The notes beneath the pieces were generated by a model. That model was not told the origin of the DNA. It searched no databases and saw only the letters and a program-made list of their open reading frames with translations. A program made the translations under genes and the position numbers. 64,000 nucleotides of DNA, taken from the NCBI GenBank assembly GCA_032718475.1, contig JAUCBJ010001234.1, positions 17,366 through 81,365 of the forward strand. Direction: 5' to 3'. Source of the stretch: Nemertoderma westbladi. Its lineage: Eukaryota > Animalia > Xenacoelomorpha. Each line of letters begins with the position of its first letter. Positions within the stretch are counted from its first letter, which is position 1. This document shows, in pieces, positions 37,101-46,800 of this stretch.

Positions 37101-40100
37101 GAAAAAACCTCAAAAGATGTAAGTAAATACAAGGCTCGAAACAACGATAGGAGAGAACAGGTTGCTAAGACCCCTCCTCAGTCTCCTAACAGAATGCACC
37201 GAAGAAAACCCGAAGAAAGAACGAGAGTGCATCAAGTTACCCAAGGTAAAGTGAGTAACATAAAACCTAACTGTGCGCTGTGCGACAGGACCCACCGTTT
37301 GAGTACGTGTGCTGAATTTCTAAAGAAATCCCTTGTAGACAGACGTGCAGTTGTGTGGGACAAGCGGTTATGCTATAATTGCCTCAGACCAGGACACCAA
37401 CGGCGAACCTGTTACTCCGACATAAAGTGTGCAAAGTGTGGCGCGAAACATCACATCTTGTTACACAGTGAGTTTGAACGAGACAAACAGAGTCAGGTAA
37501 GTGAGCCCGAACTACATGTCCAATTCAGTGATGTAAATGACACTGATCAGGAGTCTGAGATGGAAGGATTCTATACTGACGAATTCTCCAACGCCAACGA
37601 ATCCTGTTATCTAATCAATACCGCAGTGTATCGAGCACTTACTTATGAAAAGGTCACCAATGATGAGTTTCCCCCAACTACTTTTGCCAAACAACCCTCT
37701 TGGAAAGCTCCAACCTCCAACGTAGGAATCAGAGAATTTCCTGTGGTGCAGGTAAGAGTTCATGGTCTTAATAAAAGTTACATAGTGAACGCCCTCCTTG
37801 ACTCTGGCAGCACAGGAACATTCATCGATCAAGAATTAGCCGAGGATATCTTTGCTGGACAACCCAAATTCCGGACTAAATTGAATATGTCAGGAATTAT
37901 GCAGGTTTGGAAATCTACCTTAACGGCAGATTACTATGTAGGTGTGTTGTCCACCCCCCAGGATAAGTTAGGAACACAAGGTATAAGGTCGGTAAAAATG
38001 GTGGCTATAAAGAACTTCGCTACTACTCAAGCAGACCTTTATAATTGGGACGAGGATGAGAGCATCCAACATCTTGAGATACCTCGATTCCAGACAGATT
38101 ATCCTGGAGTGCAAATCCTCATCGGCCAGAACGCGCATGAGGCGCTCGAAACATTGGAGAAACGGCCTGCTCAACCACAGCCACTGCAAACCTATGCAGT
38201 AAGAACTAGAGTAGGTTGGTACTTTACTGGCCCTTCCCGCAGGACTCTCGAAGAGAGAATGCCACAAGAACACACATACCAAGTACACGATTGGGAAGTG
38301 GAGAGCAGTGAGGTGGACGAACTAACTGAGGGAACACCATACTCCTCAGATAATGACGACATCTACCAACTCTTCGATGAAGAGAATACAATCGACCTAC
38401 TTACAGAAAACCAAACTTGGAAAAGTCAGGTGAACCTTTGTCAACTGATTCACCCATCGGAACCCATCGCTTACAATGACGAACTAAACGATGAGATAGA
38501 GCGCTACAACGCTAGAACTCGGGACGAACTAGCTGTACGATTCTTTACTCAGGAACTGGTAGAGCCCAATTCATATGATAAGGCTCTATCGATAGAAGAA
38601 GAAAGAGCCAAGCAAATCCAGGAAACAACTACACGTTTTTTAAAGGACCAAGGTAGGTATGAAATCGGCCTACCATTTCGAAAACGAGAACCTAGATTTA
38701 TAAATAACAGACCCTTGGCAGAGAAAAGAATCGCTCAATTATATCGACGCCTTACAGCTAATGCTTCAGCGAAAGAAATGTACCAAACTCAGCTGAAGAA
38801 ATTTATAACAAAGGGATACGCGGAGCGAGTACCGGAAGGAACACCAGTGACTGAGAGAACGTATTACTTAACACATCATTACGTTCCCAAACCCGGTAAA
38901 CCCCATGAAGTCCGAGTCGTATTTGATGGCTCTGCGCTATATATGGGCCAATCCCTCAATTCCGAGTTGTTACCAGGACCCAACTTACTCCAATCTTTGT
39001 TGGGAATACTATTAAGATTAAGACAATATTCCATCGCGTTCGCTTCTGATATAGAAGGAATGTTCTTACAAGTCAAGGCGCTGGATAGAGATAGAGATAG
39101 CCTGAGATTTCTGTGGTGGCCTGAAGGAGACCTCAACCAGAAACCGGTAGAGTACTGGATGACCATCCAGGCTTTTGGGATCATATCAAGCCCTTCCAAT
39201 GCCTGCTCCGTGGTGCGAACCACTGCGAATGACAACCGAGACTCCTTCTCCAAAGAAGTGATAGACAACATAAAACGCAATATATACATGGACGACAATT
39301 TAAGGTCCCTTCCATCAGTAGAAGAAGCCATAGCTGTCGCGAAAGGAACGGTAGAGTGTTTGAAAAGAGGTGGATTTCGACTGACGAAATTCACTAGCAA
39401 CTCCCGTGAGTTTCTGGAAGCCATACCGGTAGAAGATCGCGGAGCAAAAGACCTAGACTTAATAAAGGACGATCTTCCTGAAACCAAGACGCTAGGCTTG
39501 AAGTGGGACACTGAAAGAGACATCCTGTTTTTTCAGTTGAAACAGCGAGATAATCCAGTTCGGACCAAACGGATTTGTTTAAGTATCCTGAGCACTTATT
39601 TCGACCCATTGGGATTTATTAGCCCAGTTATATTGATTGCTCGGAGTTTAGTACAGCAGATGTGGCTTGAAAACCACTCATGGGACAATCCGCTTAAGGG
39701 AGAATTGTTGAAGAAATGGATGAAATGGGAAGATTCTCTACCTGCCATCGAGAACTTTATAATTTCCCGTGCATATTTTGGCCATGTTCTTCCTACGTAT
39801 TCCTATCAACTCCATGTGTTTGGAGACGCCAGCGATATGGGAATAGGTATAGTAGCATATCTGCGAGTCGAAACTCCGGATGGAATCAAGGTCGCCTTGG
39901 TTACCTCTAAGGCATTGATTAACAACAAGATAAAGGTTCCTCGAGCGGAGTTAAAGGCGGCTTTATACGCTACAGCCATCGGCCGGAACATAACGGAACA
40001 AATCGACTATCCACTGGAGAAAACGGTTTATTGGACCGACGCTTTACTCGTGTTGGAGTATCTCACGAAGTCTGTCAGTTTAGCGTTTTTGTTACTAACC

Positions 40101-40106
40101 GAGTAG
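34149..40106 (+). CDS. Bel/Pao Gag-protease-RT-RNase H polyprotein (5' part; frameshifted near 40070)
   Basis: Bel/Pao gag core (KFNGDEMKWLPF...EKLRFL...LNIRYGN), CX2CX3HX4C / CX2CX4HX4C / CX2CX3HH..LH, protease LLDSGS, RT (RVVFDGS, DIEGMFLQV, YMDD), RNase H (LHVFGDAS, PRAEL, YWTD). Confidence 0.95.
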   Translation: MSDTQQTLSDSLIDTTICDTDRSVERLRKEFSSPPTERKVIPPVVISDPKLIQHRRSIIGTRAQVKRNQEAAVPQQQQPSQETCSQRSDSSSSSDTVELTPERGLQMTAKAYSDPLLTLPAAVLTTILIAVEEHQADWVRNKRATQDNYAGYAREELMSIVESQWNFPGPGLPLDLSEATWEDIHRMGVAKDTMDPAVWKRSAAGYVQGFFGSLERLEEQLFRQPQGPQEQEELLYQVRERTLRIRLILSAFEETSKRRQDTSLQVAVKTWFQRIGLQIQETDQWKSQLSERLTYEEPTDATLSQVEGEETSEKPRARDAIDIYLSDYQRFLGDEELRRRLSGLSPNSEGTQRVLDSIDAEMLAANQAEFDEKLRLARVQEEKVKKRRIEEQKAAATAEAEVERKAAAAEAKAERAVAEAERRAFEQTTQLELDNLQETQDNINKQLTASHMQMMRKSTPKRQGYTSSEESETTDPEGGGNRSRLSRRRKTSHRHKLPDLPPAVRRQLASTDLASTEPTYQTIQVKRLPTIVDEPEIIRPVVSKVTPVLETPVFPELNSKFPLHSTTPPVPGRTVHENIPILEAERDIKDLSPVVPRQPATMLATPASAVEWVEEGRRGMNLLLGQMQETVHQLKGTVREGRAELQEVQQSIALERDKLVNIQKGIPIPPVKLCQPVRSEVLHAQGVEPTRIYTASEVETPIANPIKGDYRPVINDIPYRPDTDPRNLYTDNSILNNTMAQESFTRQMARTEARQAVKVGEIVKFNGDEMKWLPFNEYYKDSIQNSVLSNGEKLRFLIKCLEGPPKLMALKFIGHPEGLRQVWDTLNIRYGNKDNIAKYLYAKLVAPRHFLSSGIIEFSDEIQEICRQLDWLGKSYEYQSSMVIGAVVSTLPKGGVCTRWDKKVLYMNEQQRRSPTMADLMSFLDGEVKLQLIKQSREKTSENKVSEKPASRRRITPVCYTDDGESQVSQEEDSGKDTERSYYVEKTSKDVSKYKARNNDRREQVAKTPPQSPNRMHRRKPEERTRVHQVTQGKVSNIKPNCALCDRTHRLSTCAEFLKKSLVDRRAVVWDKRLCYNCLRPGHQRRTCYSDIKCAKCGAKHHILLHSEFERDKQSQVSEPELHVQFSDVNDTDQESEMEGFYTDEFSNANESCYLINTAVYRALTYEKVTNDEFPPTTFAKQPSWKAPTSNVGIREFPVVQVRVHGLNKSYIVNALLDSGSTGTFIDQELAEDIFAGQPKFRTKLNMSGIMQVWKSTLTADYYVGVLSTPQDKLGTQGIRSVKMVAIKNFATTQADLYNWDEDESIQHLEIPRFQTDYPGVQILIGQNAHEALETLEKRPAQPQPLQTYAVRTRVGWYFTGPSRRTLEERMPQEHTYQVHDWEVESSEVDELTEGTPYSSDNDDIYQLFDEENTIDLLTENQTWKSQVNLCQLIHPSEPIAYNDELNDEIERYNARTRDELAVRFFTQELVEPNSYDKALSIEEERAKQIQETTTRFLKDQGRYEIGLPFRKREPRFINNRPLAEKRIAQLYRRLTANASAKEMYQTQLKKFITKGYAERVPEGTPVTERTYYLTHHYVPKPGKPHEVRVVFDGSALYMGQSLNSELLPGPNLLQSLLGILLRLRQYSIAFASDIEGMFLQVKALDRDRDSLRFLWWPEGDLNQKPVEYWMTIQAFGIISSPSNACSVVRTTANDNRDSFSKEVIDNIKRNIYMDDNLRSLPSVEEAIAVAKGTVECLKRGGFRLTKFTSNSREFLEAIPVEDRGAKDLDLIKDDLPETKTLGLKWDTERDILFFQLKQRDNPVRTKRICLSILSTYFDPLGFISPVILIARSLVQQMWLENHSWDNPLKGELLKKWMKWEDSLPAIENFIISRAYFGHVLPTYSYQLHVFGDASDMGIGIVAYLRVETPDGIKVALVTSKALINNKIKVPRAELKAALYATAIGRNITEQIDYPLEKTVYWTDALLVLEYLTKSVSLAFLLLTE

Positions 40107-42166
40107 CTATTATTCTTAGTCGCACAAAGATAGATCAATGGAGACATTGCCCTGGTACGATTAATCCAGCCGATATCGCCTCCAGGGGAGCAACTCCACA
40201 GGAACTGATAGATACCCCAGATTGGTTGGGTGGACCCGACTTCCTGAGCAAGGAAGAGGATGAATGGCCTCCTCACCTTACTACGGCAGAGATTAGACAA
40301 GCCAAGGGAGCGGAGACAGTCAAACCTAAAACCCGGGCGAGTAAATCGAAGTTGTTTAAACCGACTATCGATCTATCTGTATTACATACTTCCGGGAATG
40401 ATGCTTCGGATCCACAATCCCTCAACACAAATAAGTCTGTTGTGGAAATTAGAGATAGAGATTGGAAATCTGGAATACCAGACGTCTCGCAGGGAATCTC
40501 ACCCATGCTGCAGAGAGCAATGCATCATTACAGTTCCTGGAATCGGCTCTGTAAAGCCGTCACATATTTAAGACGATGTTTTCATCATCACTGCTCCAGG
40601 ACGAAGACCATTAATGATCACGCTCCATTGACATCTGCACAAGTTCATGTTATTAAGAATTTACCCAAATATAGGATATCTGATCGTTTTCTAAAAGAGA
40701 AAATTAGTCACCAGGAGTATGAAGAAACAAATAAACAGATACTGAGACTCCTGCAATGCTATGAGGATTCCGAAAAGTACTTCCTGTTGTTGAGAAATCC
40801 ACAGATGCGCTTAAGGGATCGATTCTCGAGCACAATGATAGATGGGTTAATACGTGTTGGAGGAAGACTCACCAACGCGCCCTTATCCTTTGACACCAAA
40901 TTCCCCATACTTATTAGAAATCTTGAAGTACAAATCAAGATGATTGTAGACGTTCACTGTAAACTTTACCATGCTGGTAGAGAACGAATTCTTAGCGAAA
41001 TTCGAACTCGCTATTATTTTGATAAACCCCGTAGAGCTCTGAACCAAGTTCTTAGGAACTGCATACCCTGTAGGAAAGCATTCAGTAGGCCTTTAACACA
41101 GCGAGAGGCAGAATTACCTAGGGAACGAGTAAGCTTCTATGAACCACCTTTTACTAATACTGGTGTAGATTTATTTGGCCCTATTGAAGTATATCGTGCG
41201 AGGACTATAGTCAAGAGATGGTGTGTCATCTTCGTGTGCATGACTTGTAGAGCCATCCATCTCGATATGGTGAACGATCTATCTACTAACAGCTTCGTCT
41301 TAAGTTTACGACGACAGATCGCTCGCTTCGGGACGAGTAATACCATGAGATCGGATAAAGGAACGAACTTCATAGGTGCCAACAACGAGATACAGGCTTA
41401 CGTGAAGGACTGGAATCAAAGACAGGTGGACGACCAGCTAAGGATAACAGCGTCTAGCTGGACCTTCAACGCTGCCGACGCCCCTTGGTGGGGAGGAAGT
41501 TGGGAGAGATTAATTCGAAGTGTCAAAACCGCATTTCACTTTATAGTGCCATGCCGCGCGTATCTCACCGACGAACTTTTGCGGACGTTAATGGAGGAAA
41601 TCGCTGCCTATCTCAACGAGAGACCGCTTATGCCAGTCTCATCGAGTCCCGATTCCCTGGAAGCGCTAACACCCGCGCACTTCCTACTGAAGAAACCCGT
41701 AGCCATGCTCCCACGATCGGAGATTGCCGACGGAGACGAATACTGCCGTCGAACTTGGCAACTTATGCAGTTGCTATCCCGTCGTTTCGCTGACCATTTC
41801 GAGAAACATTATCTGCCCACGCTACAACTTCGAACTAAGTGGTTTGCGCAGCAAGAAAACGTCAGCGCCGGAGATATGGTGCTTATTGTAGATCCAGACC
41901 TCCCACGTAAACGGTGGCAGACAGGTCGTATCATCGAGACACACATTTCAGATGATGGTTTAGTACGCTCAGTAGAACTCATCGTCATGCGGCGTAACTT
42001 CAAGAAACCAGGCATCATCTTTGAGACGCAACAACTCAATCGCCCAGTTGGTCGTTTATGTTTACTGGAAAGAGACAGAGAACTCTCCGGGAACTATGGA
42101 AGGCAAGACACTCTTCCCACGACCACCTCCCTAATTCCTCAAACATCTAGGGACTCCCTAACGTGA
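40073..42166 (+). CDS. Bel/Pao RNase H C-terminus and integrase (continuation in the -1 frame)
   Basis: QFSVFVTNRV...WRHCPGTINPADIASRG; integrase H.X3.H...CIPC zinc motif, GVDLFGP, SDKGTNF, GGSWERLIRSVK; C-terminal GDMVLI...W..GRI...DGLVR. The ORF-track start at 40031 is not a real start. Confidence 0.93.
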   Translation, partial: CQFSVFVTNRVAIILSRTKIDQWRHCPGTINPADIASRGATPQELIDTPDWLGGPDFLSKEEDEWPPHLTTAEIRQAKGAETVKPKTRASKSKLFKPTIDLSVLHTSGNDASDPQSLNTNKSVVEIRDRDWKSGIPDVSQGISPMLQRAMHHYSSWNRLCKAVTYLRRCFHHHCSRTKTINDHAPLTSAQVHVIKNLPKYRISDRFLKEKISHQEYEETNKQILRLLQCYEDSEKYFLLLRNPQMRLRDRFSSTMIDGLIRVGGRLTNAPLSFDTKFPILIRNLEVQIKMIVDVHCKLYHAGRERILSEIRTRYYFDKPRRALNQVLRNCIPCRKAFSRPLTQREAELPRERVSFYEPPFTNTGVDLFGPIEVYRARTIVKRWCVIFVCMTCRAIHLDMVNDLSTNSFVLSLRRQIARFGTSNTMRSDKGTNFIGANNEIQAYVKDWNQRQVDDQLRITASSWTFNAADAPWWGGSWERLIRSVKTAFHFIVPCRAYLTDELLRTLMEEIAAYLNERPLMPVSSSPDSLEALTPAHFLLKKPVAMLPRSEIADGDEYCRRTWQLMQLLSRRFADHFEKHYLPTLQLRTKWFAQQENVSAGDMVLIVDPDLPRKRWQTGRIIETHISDDGLVRSVELIVMRRNFKKPGIIFETQQLNRPVGRLCLLERDRELSGNYGRQDTLPTTTSLIPQTSRDSLT

Positions 42167-43854
42167 TACGTCTGGAGTGGGTGTATGACTATATTATTTT
42201 ATCTATTTGTTATATTTTTATATGTGAACTTTATTATGTACTTTATTATAATCGTTTTTATTCAATTTTATTTAGTAGAATGTTATTTTTAGTGATTATT
42301 TAGTAGATTAGTGCAATATATTAGTGTTTATTACGTACGTAATTACTTATAATATATTTAGTGCGACGGCGAGAAATAATTTTTTCTCTTTCCTTACTGT
42401 CTGTATCATATTATAAATACGTGACTACAGTAAGATGAAATGTCCGTACTTATTAAAGTACAATAAAAGCCACTACTATATTTAAGTATTATTGGTAGGC
42501 AGAGTATTAGGAATGCAAAGTTCAGATCCTCGTGTCTCGGCTAAACCAAGCTCTGGGTAGACCTTGGAAACGACTTGCCTCTTCACACTGACATTGCTTC
42601 GTGCGATATTGCTCTTCTACCTTATATTAAATAATACATATAGTAGCGTGATGTCCATATAACAGTAGCGTAAAACGCAAATAAATCTGTTAAACCTTTT
42701 GACCATCTGTAATTCTAGTCGATTAAGATATCGCGGCACCCACCGATATACTTGAAAGACAAATTCTAGAATCAGTGGTTAACGTCACCAGACAAGTTCT
42801 GGAATAAATCGGTGCCCATCTTAAATATTAATTTAATATTTATTAAAATCTGTAAAATTCAGATCCGTTAACAATTCTAGTCGATTAAGATATCGTAGCA
42901 CTTCCCGATACTCTTAAAAGACAAATTTCATAGAATTAAGGATCCTATGTCCCCAGACCTGCTCTGGAATCAAATTGTGTCAATTTTAACATCAAATAAT
43001 AAAATTCACGGGAATAAATTTAAATTCATATTTTAAATGAATTTCATAAATTGTCATTTTGTACAATTTATAACATTCCCAAAATTCCATTAATTAATAG
43101 ATCATGGGAGCGGAGATTCATCCTGTTGAGTGTATTAGAGTGCGAGAATCTCCAACATATAGTCAATAGCCGATAAAATTAACAAAATCATGCATAAAGA
43201 GGATATTGACAATTAAAGAATTATTATTAAATAGCATCCCAGATCTGTATGCATGAGAATTACCCTAATTCTACCGCTAGCATTCCATAATGTCACCATA
43301 GCAACACCCACGCTAGAATTAGAAGCAAGTAAGAGAACAATAGAAAGCTTGTCACATTGCATAGCATAGAGAATACATAGCACACTGTTAGTATCCAAGG
43401 ATACACAGTAATAACGTGACATTCTGGAAGGCACTGACTAACGGACAAATGGCCTGTATGTGTACAATTGGTGACAGTTGTGTGGAATTTGTGCGTTTAT
43501 AGGTGAATGTTACTGCTAAAGTATGTTTACAGTAGCTAGTCGCAATTGTAAAAATAGCCCAACTCTCCTATAGATAGAACCTAAGTGGATCCAAGCCTTT
43601 GGGACGGACAGTGGAGTGACTTGTGCCGGTTATCGTTGTCGTGCTGTTGCTACATGTTGGCGTAAACACCGCGACGACGGTACATCGGCGCTGAGAATCC
43701 CACTGTCCGGGGGCAAAGAAAAGTAGGCAGCGACGCCCGCTCGCCTAAATACAAACTTATTTGATATTAATAAACTCAGATAGCAGATATGACGGAGTTA
43801 ATAGAAGATGATCTTGGTATTAGGGAGTGATATACTCTACCTTTACAAGCATTT

Positions 43855-46800
43855 GTGGATAGCTTAATACGCGGTGAGGCCGATCCAACCATTACGGAGG
43901 ACGATGGTCGTTATATCGAACCGCCGATGTCCCAAGAGCAACTTGCGCGTGAATTGGACTATCGAAAATTCACCACTCGCTATACGAATCGTAATGGTAC
44001 GTATATGGACTTCCTAACGACCGGCCATCCTATCGACTTACATGATACGGACGATGTAGATACAGAAAGGGAAATGGTTCTATTTAAATATCATACCCAG
44101 CGGAGTCGTAACGATAAACCGAGAATAGATCACGAAAATTCTATTCGTAATAGACTGGAAAGAGAAAACGTTGAAGAACCGGATAAACGCATCGACTTCA
44201 ACGAATACTTAGAGTTTTTGAGAGAAACCTATCTCAACGTCACTAGTCAGCAGAACTTAGAGACTCGATATCCTCAAGGTATCCATCACGACCCTGTAGT
44301 AGAACTCAAACGGCTCTATTTCACTATGATGTATCTTACCGCCGATCGTCCACTACCTGTTATCCCGGATAGTTTTGAACAAATGGAAGAATACTGCAAA
44401 ACTGGAGAACGAACACCCGCGTTTCCTCTACAGGACGTACGTCTTTGGTATTATTGTGACGAGTGTCCTAGACCTAACCAACAAACTGAAAGACATAAAC
44501 ATCCGCGGAGACGTTGCGCTAAACATAGTTTTACGCGTTACACTTACGGGAGTTTCGAGCGAAACCTGTTCGACATACCACCCACGATCGCTCGTCTTAA
44601 ACGATCACTGAATAAACCCATGATCAGAGTTCCGGAATACTCGGTCAGGCCTCCTCATTCCCTAGTGAGACCTCAAACTCTTGATCCTAACAGTATCACT
44701 GATCCTCCCGAACTATATTCCCTGTTCAAAGACTTAGTGTTACCCGAACAACTAATCGGTGGCGCTCCGGTAGTGGGTTCATTAGACATCCGCCCATCCT
44801 ACTTAGCCGGATTGGGACGCGGGCAGCTAATATCGCCCTTTGATCCTTACAATCGTCCAGGATTAAACCCGATACAACCCGCCACGGAAGTCGAGGGGAG
44901 TGTTATAAGAAACGCTTTAGACGCCATTCGACAGAAAATCGGAAAGGGGACACAAGATTGTTTAGAGAAACGTAAATTACAACAACAAGTACAATCGGTG
45001 AAGGAGTTAGCCTTGCCACAGTTTGATAGAGAAATCCAAAACCTCGAGGAAGATATCGAGCTTGGACGCACGTATTCTCTACAAGAATTTTTAGATGAAC
45101 GCTTACAGAGACAAGCGGAAGAAAATCTAATCGAAGAGAAACACACGAAACTGGAAGAAAGAGAAGAAGCCGCTTTAGCTCAACCTGAAGCTCAAATCCT
45201 CATGACGGACCTCTACTCTAAAACCGTTCATCATCCCTCTATGATTCCACATTTCGGAGACAAGCTCTTCGCGACGATACAACCTCAACCGGTTGATATC
45301 AGTACAGGATCGCAAAACCTTATCGCTGACGCCCCTATGTTACAGCGTCCGCCGATCGAGGCCGCTCGTGTTGACGGTATACTCGTTGAACCTCCGGACA
45401 ATCGAGCGGATCTTGTCCGTCGTATGGTACACGATGTCAACATACGCGCTAGACCTTTACAGAACTCGTTTTACGGGATTAAAGACCACCCTTATTACGT
45501 TAATCTGACTCAATATTATATGGTAAAACCAGAAGACCCGACACATGATTTAAAGTTTCTACCACTAATAAATCCTCTAGACATTGTCGAACTCGAACAA
45601 TTGCAGAAACATCTGGATCAGTTAGTAAAGGTAAACTCATTTAGAAAACCATATAACATTTCTCGAATCGAGAAAGATATAGAACCTCCTTATAACCTCG
45701 ATGGATTTATTAAAACTCGATTAGTCCATTGGAATCTAGATGTATTATTTGAAGAAGAGAAAATACAAAGATATGGAAATGTGGAGACGTATACCACTCG
45801 GCATATGAAGTATAGTGATCTCCCTGACGCTAACCAATGCGCCACCTTGTGGCATCCAGTAGGGATGACCCTAGAGAACGCCACCAAGGAGTGGAATGAA
45901 ACTCTTAATGTTATTGAGATGTATGGAGTTGTCACCTACGATAATGAAGGTAGCGTTCCGGTCGGAGAGCTAGGAACTACGCGCATGATCCACATCCGCG
46001 GATTAGCTGGTTCTACCCACGTGTTTACTCGAGCGTGTTCCGACTTGATTGATTATTCTTTTGAAACTCTCACCGAAACACAAAAGAATCTCCGACATGG
46101 ACAATTCGAACTCGCGCAGCGTTACGTCATTGACACCGAACGCAAACCGGCCATGGGCATCGATGGATCGATGTTACCCCAGCCCGTACTCGAGATGTTG
46201 TTCAACGAAAGAATCCTTAAAATCGGCTCAGCTGTTTATGGAGATCTCCAAAACGACTTTCGGAATATGGAGGACATTCCATACCCTTTCGTTGATACTC
46301 AGCTGATTGCTCCCTGGGCAGAAGGTCGAGGTTTCTTCCGCACCATGTATGCTAATACGTCTAGCAACATTACCAAGGTGCAACGAACTTCCATCGGACA
46401 TCTTGCCTTTCAGGAATACGGATGGAATTTCAAGATCGGAAATCCCATTAACTATCAACAGGTATACGGAGACCATTATTCTCGATTATACTTTGATGGA
46501 CCATTGACCGCACCTGGCGCCGTGTATAGCTTCATGAGTGTTCCACTCCGTCCCTCCTTAGCTATATACACGATCTTTGAAAACACCGCACTTGCCGGTT
46601 GGCTAGCCGATGTGTGCAGTCGTACTATACGTGCCCATCCATTAATACTTGGGACCAAACTCGCCAAGCTAGATGAACATAATAAATTCATCCGTTTCGA
46701 ATGTTTCCGGCGATTTTTAACCCCGTTTCGCAACGTGGATAGCCAATTTAAAGACCGCGCTTTGACCAAACTCAGCCTAAGAAACTCAGCTGCAGAGAAG

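Noticed and set aside
40055-40106. Programmed -1 ribosomal frameshift
   Set aside because: Lies inside the RNase H domain, has no canonical X XXY YYZ heptamer, and Bel/Pao pol is normally continuous here.
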